Shown here: in pieces, positions 49,156-58,842 of the stretch
How positions within the stretch are numbered: the stretch's first letter is position 1
How the letters are laid out: each line of letters starts with the position of its first letter
Virus record (IMG/VR): IMGVR_UViG_3300014947_000001
Direction: 5' to 3' (one strand)
From: a virus
Length of the DNA stretch: 64,000 bases
Made by a program: the position numbers and the translations under genes
Notes under the pieces: model-generated
The model's input: the letters and a program-made list of their open reading frames with translations, nothing else
The model's database searches: none
Told to the model about the DNA's origin: nothing

Positions 49156-50286
49156 ATGTCTGCAAATATCTATTTTGAACACGAATATCCAGATACGACA
49201 ATAATAAACACAGCCGCAGTCGTAACAGCAATTCGATGTCAAAAGAATCATTACCTTACAGATGTTATCACAACAGACATCGTGGACCCTGATTCTAGTA
49301 ACTGTTACGCGTGCCCTTATTACAAAAAAGGTGTTAATTGTGCGAAATCCTGTGATCAGAAACAATTTGTCAAAAAACAGGTTCGTACCTATATTAATGA
49401 GCACAATCGTTTCGGGTACAAAAAAGAGCTTCCTACACTTGCAATCAAACTTTTTCTGTACCTGCACTTTTTGCGCTCAGATAAATTCGGGTACCTTCGT
49501 ATTGAATTAGAAGAAGCTGCAACTATTTTATCCTGTTCCAGGCGTTCTGTCATTCGTAATTTACATACGTTGTCGGAACGTGGTTATATTTCATATACAA
49601 AAGGTCTATATACAGGAACATACCAAGTGTTTCTATTGTCGTCAACCGAAAACAAGAAAACTGCATCCCAGGGTGGACGTGGTTATTTTGTGCTGTCTTA
49701 CGATATGTTTAAGATCCTTCTTGGATGTCAGACGATCAATGAACTAAGGCTTCAGTTAAGAGGCGTTATTTCAACTCTTGAAGGTGCAACGAAAAATCAG
49801 ATCCTTCATGAGACTTCTTATGCTGACATTAAACGCATGCTTCCAGCGTATGCAACAAAGAAACTTATCAGAAATACGATTACATCAGATCATTTCTGTC
49901 AGATGTTCGGTGTAAAGTTATCAAAAGAACGTTCCTTCTTTTATATTACAATGAAAGAAGAATACAATCCAATTCGTATCAAATCGGCTAAAGTAGATGA
50001 TGCCAAAGCAACAATTGAATCTGCCTTAAGTCGTATCAATGCAGACATCACAAAAGTCAACAAAAAACAAAAGACAAAGATTTCTCTACTATCTTTAACA
50101 AATGAGGATATTCGAGACGTTGCTAATATTTCGCTACAACTGCCAGTATCCTGCATTGTACAAGCATTGTCGCGTTTCCATGAGACATATATCAAAAAAG
50201 GGGAACGGATCAGAAGTATCGGGGCTATGGTACGAACACTTGCTTGGGATATTTATGGATACCAAAAACTCGTTCCCGGAACTTAA
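49156..50286 (+). CDS. replication initiator / replisome organizer with winged-helix domain
   Basis: RBS gaaaggagttgacgcgATG; wHTH LAIKLFLYLHFL...ELEEAATILSCSRRSVIRNLHTLSERGYI. Confidence 0.55.
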   Translation: MSANIYFEHEYPDTTIINTAAVVTAIRCQKNHYLTDVITTDIVDPDSSNCYACPYYKKGVNCAKSCDQKQFVKKQVRTYINEHNRFGYKKELPTLAIKLFLYLHFLRSDKFGYLRIELEEAATILSCSRRSVIRNLHTLSERGYISYTKGLYTGTYQVFLLSSTENKKTASQGGRGYFVLSYDMFKILLGCQTINELRLQLRGVISTLEGATKNQILHETSYADIKRMLPAYATKKLIRNTITSDHFCQMFGVKLSKERSFFYITMKEEYNPIRIKSAKVDDAKATIESALSRINADITKVNKKQKTKISLLSLTNEDIRDVANISLQLPVSCIVQALSRFHETYIKKGERIRSIGAMVRTLAWDIYGYQKLVPGT

Positions 50287-50829
50287 TGATTCTAAAACTA
50301 CATATTTGTTACTGCCTGGATGTCAATGCCGGGCTTTTTGTTTTGTCCGTATACTTTATTTTGTCTATAAAATAGTGGTTATTTTGTACGGATACATCGT
50401 TTTGTCCTCGTAATGGTGGGTTAATATCTTGATTGGGGACTTTTATTTTTATCCACATTGGACAGAAATCAAGATTTTGCGACATCATTGTGTTTCTTGT
50501 GACTGTAATCGGTTTTATTTGTACAGTTTATAAATTTGGTACGTGGATTCTTGTTTTCTGGACAGACGTTTCCGTTTTGGTGACCGAACTATCAGGTTTT
50601 ACGACACTTTGGTTTCTTACAAATGGTCACGAAATGCAGGAAACATCAGGGTTTACAGACTTTGCTGTTATCTATTATGAAATATGCTATACTGATATAT
50701 ATGATGTACTGATAACTGTTATTATGTATATGATATCAACACATATATATATTCATAAGAAACAAAGATTTGTTACAGTGAAGCCTTTTGTGACATAAAA
50801 CAGATGTTGGAAAATATGGAGAAATAATT

Positions 50830-51015
50830 ATGCTTGACTTTGTCTTTGGTCCCAGAAATGGAGAAAAAGAAATCGAACTGTCTAATGAGGAACGAGAGTT
50901 TCTTGCAAACTACCGGAAATTGAATTTGAAACAGAAACGATTTGTAAAGAAACTGCTTCATAATACCAGAAACAAAACCGATTTCGAAAAGGAACAGATT
51001 TTGACGAAGTTTTAG
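50830..51015 (+). CDS. hypothetical small protein
   Basis: RBS ggagaaataattATG. Confidence 0.35.
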   Translation: MLDFVFGPRNGEKEIELSNEEREFLANYRKLNLKQKRFVKKLLHNTRNKTDFEKEQILTKF

Positions 51016-51194
51016 CAAAACTAAAGGACGAAACGGTAAGAAAATAAGCTCTAATTTTGTGGATGCCTCTGTGAAAGCGTATATGCCTCATAGAGCCATT
51101 TTGTAGTTTAGATGAAGAATGTTTCGAGTAAGAGACATTTTGCTCTTGTATGGCAATTCTGTTGCGCCACTTTTCGATTTCCTTCAAAAGAAAC

Positions 51195-51240
51195 GGAGAG
51201 AAACGAAAAGAAAACAGACCTTCAGAAATCGAAGATCTGT
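51195..51240 (-). terminator. rho-independent terminator (minus strand)
   Basis: Minus-strand acagatcttcgatttctgaaggtctgt followed by tttcttttcg. Confidence 0.5.
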
Positions 51241-51270
51241 CTCTTTGACTGTTTTCTGATTGTATTCTGT

Positions 51271-52044
51271 TTATGGCAGGTAGTCAATGGTTATATACTG
51301 AAGATTTCCATCAAGGAATTCGAACTTGTAACCATACTGACCATAATACTTAGTTGAATCCTTCTTGTATTCTACTGTGTCAGTTGTGTGGCTTTCACCT
51401 TCGTATGTTCTGTTGTCTGTTGGATCGCTTTCGTTTGCGAGCAATTCGTCTAAAGTCATATCAACAGGAAAAGCAAACGACATTACGTTCTGTGTTTCTC
51501 CAATATGCATTGGTAAGTATACTTCGCTGATGTAACACTCGGATGCTGTTTTGCCTGCATCTGAATCGTTGAATACATATACCTGTCCACTCCAATAGTC
51601 CCCTAATGTGATGCGGAATCCACTGGACTTGCTGTTTTTATTCAAATTATTCGATGCATTTGCAATATCATCCTCATTAAACGGAACTCCGTCATCGATC
51701 AGTTCCTGTAATGTAGTCTGACCTAATGTATATGTTTTTCCGTTGATCGCAAACTGCATGTTATCAAAATCGACATAGCTGCCACCGATTGTTGCGGTTT
51801 CTGCTGATTTTGTATCAGCAGTTTCTGTTGATTCATCGACCGCTTCTGTTTCTGTTTCGATCACTATCTCGGTTGCCTCTACCTCATCCGGCTGTTCTGT
51901 TTCAACTTCTGTTTCTGTTTCAGCGGATGCTTCTGTTGCAACCGTGGTCTTTGTGTCTTTTGTTGAAGCTGATGTACCGCATCCGGTAGCTAACATACCG
52001 AGACACATACTGGCTAACAACAATGTTACTGCTTTCTTTTTCAT
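51271..52044 (-). CDS. lipoprotein
   Basis: MKKKAVTLLLASMCLGMLATGC lipobox; Thr/Glu-rich linker. Confidence 0.65.
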   Translation of the reverse strand: MKKKAVTLLLASMCLGMLATGCGTSASTKDTKTTVATEASAETETEVETEQPDEVEATEIVIETETEAVDESTETADTKSAETATIGGSYVDFDNMQFAINGKTYTLGQTTLQELIDDGVPFNEDDIANASNNLNKNSKSSGFRITLGDYWSGQVYVFNDSDAGKTASECYISEVYLPMHIGETQNVMSFAFPVDMTLDELLANESDPTDNRTYEGESHTTDTVEYKKDSTKYYGQYGYKFEFLDGNLQYITIDYLP

Positions 52045-52556
52045 CTTAATACCTTTAACAAGCCATGTGCGGAGACCCGCGCCTTCAGTCGTGGGAGGAG
52101 CACTCATGGCTATGTCGTTCCCTTTCTTTGTTCTGTCAAATTGTTACTCAAACACACTCCGAAGCTTAGCATTATAGAACATTAGCAGTTCTATAATCTT
52201 GGCTTACTAACTGATCTGCACGCCAGTAGGTGGCAGGTTTCAGTACAGGAGGACATCACGAGAGTTTATCTCGAGTGAACTGTACTCCGAAGGAGTGGTA
52301 TCACTTAAGGTTTGAAATACCAGGACATCTGGATCTTCTCTGAAGTTTCCCAGTGTTTTTTTTTATGGTATTCAAAGCTGTCTGATGTGGTCTTGAAATA
52401 CAGACTCAATCCCTCAATAAATTGAGCGATGTAGTCTCTCCGTTGCAGAAACGTTCAAGACATCCCTACATGGTAGGTTTCACAGGACTCTTCGTCCTGC
52501 AGTCTTACGGTCTCAGTTGGAACCGCAAAGAGTTATTTCTAAACTCTTTAATACCA

Positions 52557-52590
52557 ATAAGGCTCACATTTTGGAAACCTCGTCAGGAAA
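52557..52590 (-). promoter_or_regulatory. Family-1 motif (minus strand)
   Basis: Reverse complement ttcctgacgaggtttccaaaatgtgagccttatt; no ORF for ~450 nt downstream. Confidence 0.45.
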
Positions 52591-52756
52591 TTACAAAATA
52601 TTTCTAATTATTTTGTACATGAACGGAGTTTCCTCTGCACACCATAAGGTGGCAGCTTCCACTCCTTACTCCTTTGTGATGGGTAGTTGACAATGTGATA
52701 GTTCCTTTCTTTATAATTGCGGATTATTCGGAACGTTACTTATTGTTCCTTATTTA

Positions 52757-52768
52757 CTAAATATGTAC
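52757..52768 (-). promoter_or_regulatory. Family-2 motif (minus strand)
   Basis: Plus-strand ctaaatatgtac = gtacatatttag on the minus strand. Confidence 0.3.
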
Positions 52769-52773
52769 AAGTT

Positions 52774-53265
52774 TCAAGCAAAGAAAAACAGACCCTCATA
52801 AGAAGATCTGTTTTCTGTTTTACGGCTTAGTTTGTTCCTGTGCTGCCGAATCCCTCGATTTTCACCAACTAACTGTTCCTTTTCATGGAATATAATTCGT
52901 GGCTGATTCTCAATAATGCGGAACTGACAGATACGGTCATTTACATGGATTTCGGTATCGCGTGTTGCGTATACTGGCATCATCCATTCATCATCGTTTC
53001 CACAATAAGAGTTATCGATGATTCCGATACTATTTGTCTGGATAAGTCCCCATTTCTTGAATGTTGAGCTACGCGGTGCAACATATGCTTCGAAACCGTA
53101 AGGGATTTTCATGGCAATTCCAAGTGGGATCAATGCAAAGTCGCCTTTCTTCAGTTTCATTTCTTTGGCGGCTCTAAGGTCGATCCAATCTGACTTGTCA
53201 TCAATATAAGTCAATTTTTCAATATCCGGATTCAAATACCGGACGTCAATGTCTGCATGTGTCAT
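52774..53265 (-). CDS. dut: dUTP diphosphatase (motif V out of frame)
   Basis: Motifs I DWIDLRA, II PRSS, III GIIDNSYCGND and IV RICQFRI in frame; motif V GFGSTG is encoded in another frame after a C3/G3 tract (~52840). Confidence 0.75.
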   Translation of the reverse strand: MTHADIDVRYLNPDIEKLTYIDDKSDWIDLRAAKEMKLKKGDFALIPLGIAMKIPYGFEAYVAPRSSTFKKWGLIQTNSIGIIDNSYCGNDDEWMMPVYATRDTEIHVNDRICQFRIIENQPRIIFHEKEQLVGENRGIRQHRNKLSRKTENRSSYEGLFFFA

Positions 53266-53383
53266 TGCTTTTGTTCTCCTTTAGTTTGTTTTTGTTGTTT
53301 CGTTTACTACATTGCCGATCTTCACAGTCTTCGCAAAACTGGTAAGTAACATTGTGATCAACGATTGGACAGTAACGACTCAT
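53246..53383 (-). CDS. tiny Cys-rich protein (46 aa)
   Basis: RBS gaaaaggagagtaaaccttATG; C..V...C..C..C. Confidence 0.3.
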   Translation of the reverse strand: MSRYCPIVDHNVTYQFCEDCEDRQCSKRNNKNKLKENKSNDTCRH

Positions 53384-53423
53384 AAGGTTTACTCTCCTTT
53401 TCTTGTATGTTATTTTGTTACAT

Positions 53424-53438
53424 CTTAAATATGTAATG
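53424..53438 (-). promoter_or_regulatory. Family-2 motif (minus strand)
   Basis: Plus-strand cttaaatatgtaatg. Confidence 0.35.
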
Positions 53439-53546
53439 AATGGGCTTAACCTAGAAGCCATGATGCTTGAACTACTAACGTTTAAGTGTATTACAGCTTC
53501 GTTTCCAAAAACAAAGACAGGTTATTACTCCTGCCTCTGTTTCATT

Positions 53547-54227
53547 TTAAAATCGACCTAATCTGACCGATACATCACAAATACTATCTTCGAGCTTTTC
53601 TTTAATTCGCTTTGCGCATTCCTCTTTGTCTGTATCAGATATTTTTGTTGGATCAGGATATTCTTTGTTTAATTCCCTGCAAACGTACTCTGCTTTTTGT
53701 CCGAGTTTGTATCCTTTTTCTTTGTATCGTTTGTAATCAGGAGCAATATCAATTGAATTTGAATCAAATACGGTCCAGGTATTATAACCTTTGATTAACA
53801 AAGCAACACAGAAAACAAATACAAGAATGATCGTCACGTTGATGTTAATGAACAACATCGGCGATAAAAACAGGGTGATTATTGGAATTAAGATCCAGGA
53901 AGTAATGATTCTGAATTTTTCCTGTTTATTCAAATATTGTAATAAATCCTCTGTCATTCTTGTACAACAATGTTCGAATCGATTTTTGTCTTGATCACAA
54001 TAAATGAAAATATTATACTGCTTGAAATCGTTAGGGACTGAAACAAATCTTTTAGCTACCAGTTTCGGCAAGAAATATTCGATTGCGATCGCTGCTACAA
54101 TAATCATAACGGGACCGACACATAATCCGAGTAACTTTAAGATCAATCTAAGGGTCTCGAAATACCCCATGCCGTCTGCGTGTTGCAACTGGTTAATAAT
54201 TTTTACAAGTTCGTCTGTTTGAAACAT
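53547..54227 (-). CDS. MFxTEEL-family membrane protein, paralog 1 of 4
   Basis: N-terminus MFQTDELVKIINQLQHA; three to four transmembrane segments. Confidence 0.6.
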   Translation of the reverse strand: MFQTDELVKIINQLQHADGMGYFETLRLILKLLGLCVGPVMIIVAAIAIEYFLPKLVAKRFVSVPNDFKQYNIFIYCDQDKNRFEHCCTRMTEDLLQYLNKQEKFRIITSWILIPIITLFLSPMLFININVTIILVFVFCVALLIKGYNTWTVFDSNSIDIAPDYKRYKEKGYKLGQKAEYVCRELNKEYPDPTKISDTDKEECAKRIKEKLEDSICDVSVRLGRF

Positions 54228-54267
54228 AATACTTTTCTCCTTTTCTTTTGATGGTTTATTTGTTACG

Positions 54268-54280
54268 TCTTAAATATGTG
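54268..54280 (-). promoter_or_regulatory. Family-2 motif (minus strand)
   Basis: Plus-strand cttaaatatgtgc = gcacatatttaag on the minus strand, ~40 nt upstream of the 54227 start. Confidence 0.4.
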
Positions 54281-54458
54281 CCCGATATTAATGGAGAAAC
54301 CGGTGTTCTATATGATAAGTTGGGCACAAAAATACCGGATGCTAACACACTCATACGGAAACAAAATATCAGGGAACAAAAAGTATTGCTAAACTGATTA
54401 ATCGATTTACTTTCTTTTTGTTCCCATAAATATTCGTTTCCGATAATTCTATCGTTTA

Positions 54459-55157
54459 TCAGTGATCACATAGATGAATCACACAGATGACAGCTTTGCA
54501 ATACCGATCATTTACGGCTGCATTTATAATTTGTTCTATCTCATATTTATCCATATGCTTCAATTTCTTTGTATCTATAGTTTTAAATGCTTCCTGGATT
54601 TTCTCACAAAACTGATTTCTGATTTCTGTTTTGTTTACAGAGTTTTCCTTTGCTATATCGCTCCAATCATAGCAACCAAAACTGTCGTTACAGAAAAACA
54701 ATGTAAGTACAAGTCCTACGATTATACAAAATGTAAATATACCAAAAAGAACTTTTGTATGGTCATTAAAAAGAAATGGACTTAATAACAATAATACAAT
54801 TACAGAGAAGCCACAGGTTATTTTATAACGCAAGAATCCCCGTTTACAAAGTAGTTTTTCATAATCACGACTTTCTTCCCAATCAGACGGCTTCAAAAAA
54901 TCTTTGTCTTTCTTTCGTTTAAGAACGAAGTGATAATCGTATAACTTCATTGTGTCTGACACTGGCGTTAATTTGTATGAAATCCATTTTGGTCCCAATA
55001 CTAAAATCACTATTAAACTGATAACAAACAGTGTGGGACCTGCACATAGTCCAATTAATTTAAAAATCAGCAGTAGTGTATCGAAATACCCGAGTCCGCT
55101 TCCTTGTGCATGCTGCAATTGATCAATTATTTGTTGTAATTCTTCTGTATGAAACAT
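54459..55157 (-). CDS. MFxTEEL-family membrane protein, paralog 2
   Basis: MFHTEELQQIIDQLQHA; transmembrane segments. Confidence 0.6.
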   Translation of the reverse strand: MFHTEELQQIIDQLQHAQGSGLGYFDTLLLIFKLIGLCAGPTLFVISLIVILVLGPKWISYKLTPVSDTMKLYDYHFVLKRKKDKDFLKPSDWEESRDYEKLLCKRGFLRYKITCGFSVIVLLLLSPFLFNDHTKVLFGIFTFCIIVGLVLTLFFCNDSFGCYDWSDIAKENSVNKTEIRNQFCEKIQEAFKTIDTKKLKHMDKYEIEQIINAAVNDRYCKAVICVIHLCDH

Positions 55158-55196
55158 ATATAATCTCCTTTCGTTTCCTCTGACTTAACTATTCAT

Positions 55197-55230
55197 AATA
55201 AGGCTCAAAATACCGAAAACTCGTCAGGAA
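55197..55230 (-). promoter_or_regulatory. Family-1 motif (minus strand)
   Basis: Plus-strand aataaggctcaaaataccgaaaactcgtcaggaa. Confidence 0.5.
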
Positions 55231-55320
55231 ACAAAATATCAGGGAACAAAAAGTTGGTAAATTAATTAATTAATTGGTTTACTTTCTTTTTGTTCCCATG
55301 AATATCCGTTTCCGAAACAG

Positions 55321-56016
55321 TCACTCTCTGCTAATAAGGATCTTATAATAAGGATCGTTTACCCTTATGCCTAAAATTCGAGCGATTTCCTTTTTACTCA
55401 TATCTTTCAACTGATTTGCATCAATCTCTTCAAAAGCTTTTATCACTTTTTCAGCAAACTGATCTTTTGTCTCTGATAATTTATCTTCCTTTGCGATATC
55501 TTCCCAGCCCTTGAGTTCTGATTCATAATCATAAACTACATATACATATAGAAGAACACTACCCATAACGATCATAAATGCATAAGCAGGAAACCTCATT
55601 ATTTCACTAAAAAAGAAAGGACTTATCAGTAGTGATACAATTACTGAAAAAACGCATGTTATCTTATAACGCAGGAAACCTCGTTTACAAAGTAACTTTA
55701 GGTAATCGCTGGTATATTTAATTGTGTTGAACTGTAGAGGTGAATCTCTCTGCAAACGATATTTCCCATTTTTACACTTAAGAATAAAATAGCAATTATA
55801 CCGTTTCATGTTATCCGGAGTTGGTGTTAATTTGTATGAAATCCATTTTGGAATCCATATTAAAATTAATATCAAACAAATAACAAACAGGATTGGTTTT
55901 GCACATAATGCAATCAGTTTCAGGATTAAAAGCAGTGTGTCAAAATAACCGATTCCGTCTACTTGTGCATGTTGTAACTGATCAATGATTTTTTGCAATT
56001 CTTCGGTGTGAAACAT
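55321..56016 (-). CDS. MFxTEEL-family membrane protein, paralog 3
   Basis: MFHTEELQKIIDQLQHA. Confidence 0.6.
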   Translation of the reverse strand: MFHTEELQKIIDQLQHAQVDGIGYFDTLLLILKLIALCAKPILFVICLILILIWIPKWISYKLTPTPDNMKRYNCYFILKCKNGKYRLQRDSPLQFNTIKYTSDYLKLLCKRGFLRYKITCVFSVIVSLLISPFFFSEIMRFPAYAFMIVMGSVLLYVYVVYDYESELKGWEDIAKEDKLSETKDQFAEKVIKAFEEIDANQLKDMSKKEIARILGIRVNDPYYKILISRE

Positions 56017-56055
56017 AGATAATCTCCTTTCATTTCCTCTGATTTAACTATTCAT

Positions 56056-56089
56056 AATAAGGCTCAAAATACTGAAAACTCGTCAGGAA
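56056..56089 (-). promoter_or_regulatory. Family-1 motif (minus strand)
   Basis: Plus-strand aataaggctcaaaatactgaaaactcgtcaggaa. Confidence 0.5.
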
Positions 56090-56190
56090 ACAATAAATTA
56101 GGGAGCAAAAAGTCGGTAAACTAATTAATTGGTTTACTCAACTCTTGCTCCCTAAACATCTGTTTCCGAAATAATCAGTAACTGAATTCG

Positions 56191-56919
56191 TTAGATTTCA
56201 GGAAACGGAAAACGAATAGAACAACAGTCAGATACTATATGCTCATCCATATATTTTTCAAACTCAATTGGTGTCATTTCTACTTTATCCTTTTTCAGTG
56301 AGAATACCTCTTTGTACAGTTGTTCTTTGATATTGGATTCAATCTCATTGATACTTGATAGTTTTTGAATATTTCCATATATTGCCCAATGGTTTTCGTG
56401 GCAGAGTGATCGAAAATTAATATCATCAATTTCAGTTGTTAGGTAATAACCATCTTTAGTCTTATTTCCTACAATCCAATATAAAAAGATACAGACAACT
56501 GTAATGTAGGTTAACATAGTACCGAAGCTTACGAATAAAAATGGACTTAACAAAAAACACGCAATTAAGGATAAAACGGTTGTTATCTGATATCTTAGAT
56601 GTCCGCGTTTTTCAAGGATTGCTTTATATTTCTTCGTAAACCTTATTCCTTCAAAATGAAGATCATTTAGATTTTTATATCCCCAGCTGCACAAAAAATA
56701 ATATGGCTTCATGTCTTTTTCTAGCGGTATCAGAATTTGCGGTAAATATTTTGGAACAAAATACAATACTGCAAAGACTGCAAACACAAATAAAATCGGT
56801 CCCGCACACAGTCCGATTAATTTCGTAATCAACAGCAAGGTATCAAAATAACCAAGACTGGCTCCATGAGAACTCTGTAATTGATCAATGACTTGTTTTA
56901 ATTCTTCTGTATGAAACAT
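56191..56919 (-). CDS. MFxTEEL-family membrane protein, paralog 4
   Basis: MFHTEELKQVIDQLQSS. Confidence 0.6.
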   Translation of the reverse strand: MFHTEELKQVIDQLQSSHGASLGYFDTLLLITKLIGLCAGPILFVFAVFAVLYFVPKYLPQILIPLEKDMKPYYFLCSWGYKNLNDLHFEGIRFTKKYKAILEKRGHLRYQITTVLSLIACFLLSPFLFVSFGTMLTYITVVCIFLYWIVGNKTKDGYYLTTEIDDINFRSLCHENHWAIYGNIQKLSSINEIESNIKEQLYKEVFSLKKDKVEMTPIEFEKYMDEHIVSDCCSIRFPFPEI

Positions 56920-56951
56920 ATATGTATTCTCCCTTCGTTTTTACTTGTTAA

Positions 56952-56985
56952 CAATAAGGCTCAATATATCGAAAACTCGTCAGAA
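56952..56985 (-). promoter_or_regulatory. Family-1 motif (minus strand)
   Basis: Plus-strand caataaggctcaatatatcgaaaactcgtcagaaaa. Confidence 0.5.
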
Positions 56986-57092
56986 AAATACAAGAAAAAG
57001 GAATGGAAATGTATTCCGTTTCAGATGTTTTTCTTGTCTTCATCATAATCATAATCCTCTCCCTTATATCCTTTTCCTGCTTTTCGATCTTC

Positions 57093-57776
57093 TTATTTTT
57101 CTACTGTCAGAACTAACTGAACCGTACCAATCTCATCTGAATCACTAACATGTACCGTAAGATTATAGGTTTTTGTGTTCGAATCATTACAGAGATCATA
57201 TGCTGGCCACGATGTTTGGAATCCAACATCATAGATTGATTCTACAATACATTCGTCTCCTTCTGTTACTGTAAAGCTTAATGACCTTGTAATATCTCGG
57301 TATTCGTATTCTTTTGCCAGATCGCTAAAATCAATATACTTATGGTCTTTGTTTACAGTTGCAATCCACTTTTTGGGCAACCCATTCTCTTGCATTCCCT
57401 CAAAGCTGCTATATTCGGATACTACATTGGAATGCGATTCGATGGTTGCTGTTTGTTCTGCTTGCGTAATATCCGTATCTGAATTATCGTGATATAATAA
57501 TGAAAAACTAGTAACGAGTATAGCACAAACAACAACAACAACGACTAGTGCATAAGCTTCAACAATTATGAATGTGTTCGGCTTGTATTTCTTACTTTTC
57601 TTAGAATTGTCTGCTACTTTTGTTGACTTTGTCCCGTTTTTCTGTTTCATAAGCTGTTTCATGTAATCATAATGATATGCGCTGTCTTCCGAATCTTTAG
57701 AATCCGACGTCTTTTTCGACTCTGTTTTTGGTTTGTCTTCTGCCTGTTTCGGTTCCTTAAATTTGTATAATACCAT
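57093..57776 (-). CDS. single-pass membrane protein downstream of the SPFH gene
   Basis: RBS taaggagatccATATG; Lys/Ser/Asp-rich N-terminus, transmembrane segment, beta-rich C-terminal domain. Confidence 0.5.
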   Translation of the reverse strand: MVLYKFKEPKQAEDKPKTESKKTSDSKDSEDSAYHYDYMKQLMKQKNGTKSTKVADNSKKSKKYKPNTFIIVEAYALVVVVVVCAILVTSFSLLYHDNSDTDITQAEQTATIESHSNVVSEYSSFEGMQENGLPKKWIATVNKDHKYIDFSDLAKEYEYRDITRSLSFTVTEGDECIVESIYDVGFQTSWPAYDLCNDSNTKTYNLTVHVSDSDEIGTVQLVLTVEK

Positions 57777-57839
57777 ATGGATCTCCTTATAGAAAACAAA
57801 GGCTGCTACACAACGCAACAGCCTCTGTATTGATTTTGT

Positions 57840-58796
57840 TTACTGGCTTAACTGGAACAATGTATTGATCTTGTCGCTTAGCATTGTCTCTGGCAGTTTT
57901 CCATCCCAGCCTTTGACATAGTAATACTGAACGAGTTCTGGATGCGCATTTAACTGATCTCCGACTGCTGACATGATTGCAGCATCTTTCTTTCCCTGAT
58001 ACTCAGCAGAATCAGCCTGGATCTGAGCGACCTCTGCGTCTGCTTTTGCGGCTACGATTGCAGAGTCAGCTTCTGCCTGTGCTGCCGTTACTTTACGTTT
58101 TGCTTCTGCTTCTGCTTCCAGGTTTAATCTTTCCTGCTCTGTCTTTGCTGTTAATTTGTTCTGGACTGCTGTTACTTTCGCTTCTGCTGCGCTTGTGAAT
58201 TCGTCACTGAAATCGATATTTTCGATTGCGGTTGCAGTTAATCTAATGTTATAACTTGCAAGATCATCAATCAAATCGGTTTGAATTAAAGCAGCAACCT
58301 TATTACGGTCTTCAATCAATTCATTTGCAGTGTATTTTGCAAATCCGGCTTTCACTGCTTCCTGTACACGTGGAACAATAACTGTGTCATAGTAGTTAGA
58401 ACCGATTGTACGATAAATATCCTGTGCATTCTGCTGGCTAATCTGATAGTTGACGGTGTATGTAAGTGTTACTTCCTGAATATCTTTTGAGAAGCAGGTC
58501 ATATCTACTTGTGCTTTTTGTACACGGTTATCCATTTTTACAACCTTTTGCCAAGGCTCTACAAAAGCTATACCTGCATCTAATGTCTGCGATTCGACTC
58601 GTCCGAATGTAGTTAAAATTCCGGTATATCCAGTCGGTACGGTTCGGACACATCCGAAACCACAGAGTATAAGTCCGAATACAGCAAGAAACTGTCTCTT
58701 TCTAAAATGCATCTCTACTGCATCGTCTGTAAACTCAATACCCAAAACGAAGAATAATACTATAGTTGCAATAATGCCTAGAACGAATAAAAACAT
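57840..58796 (-). CDS. SPFH/band-7 (stomatin/prohibitin/HflKC-like) membrane protein
   Basis: N-terminal transmembrane segment; SPFH core; Ala/Glu-rich coiled-coil (EAEAEAKRKVTAAQAEADSAIVAAKADAEVAQ). Confidence 0.85.
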   Translation of the reverse strand: MFLFVLGIIATIVLFFVLGIEFTDDAVEMHFRKRQFLAVFGLILCGFGCVRTVPTGYTGILTTFGRVESQTLDAGIAFVEPWQKVVKMDNRVQKAQVDMTCFSKDIQEVTLTYTVNYQISQQNAQDIYRTIGSNYYDTVIVPRVQEAVKAGFAKYTANELIEDRNKVAALIQTDLIDDLASYNIRLTATAIENIDFSDEFTSAAEAKVTAVQNKLTAKTEQERLNLEAEAEAKRKVTAAQAEADSAIVAAKADAEVAQIQADSAEYQGKKDAAIMSAVGDQLNAHPELVQYYYVKGWDGKLPETMLSDKINTLFQLSQ

Positions 58797-58842
58797 ATTA
58801 AATCCTCCTTTGTTTTTTTGTTATGTTTTCGTTTCTAAACCT

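Noticed and set aside
48308-49231. Multiple ORFs on both strands across 48308-49231
   Set aside because: They lie within the 31-bp iteron array; tandem repeats generate artefactual open frames
50433-50798. ORF 50433-50798
   Set aside because: No RBS; the region is repeat-rich (GGTTTTAC-type repeats, iteron-like half-site) and more likely an origin-associated non-coding region
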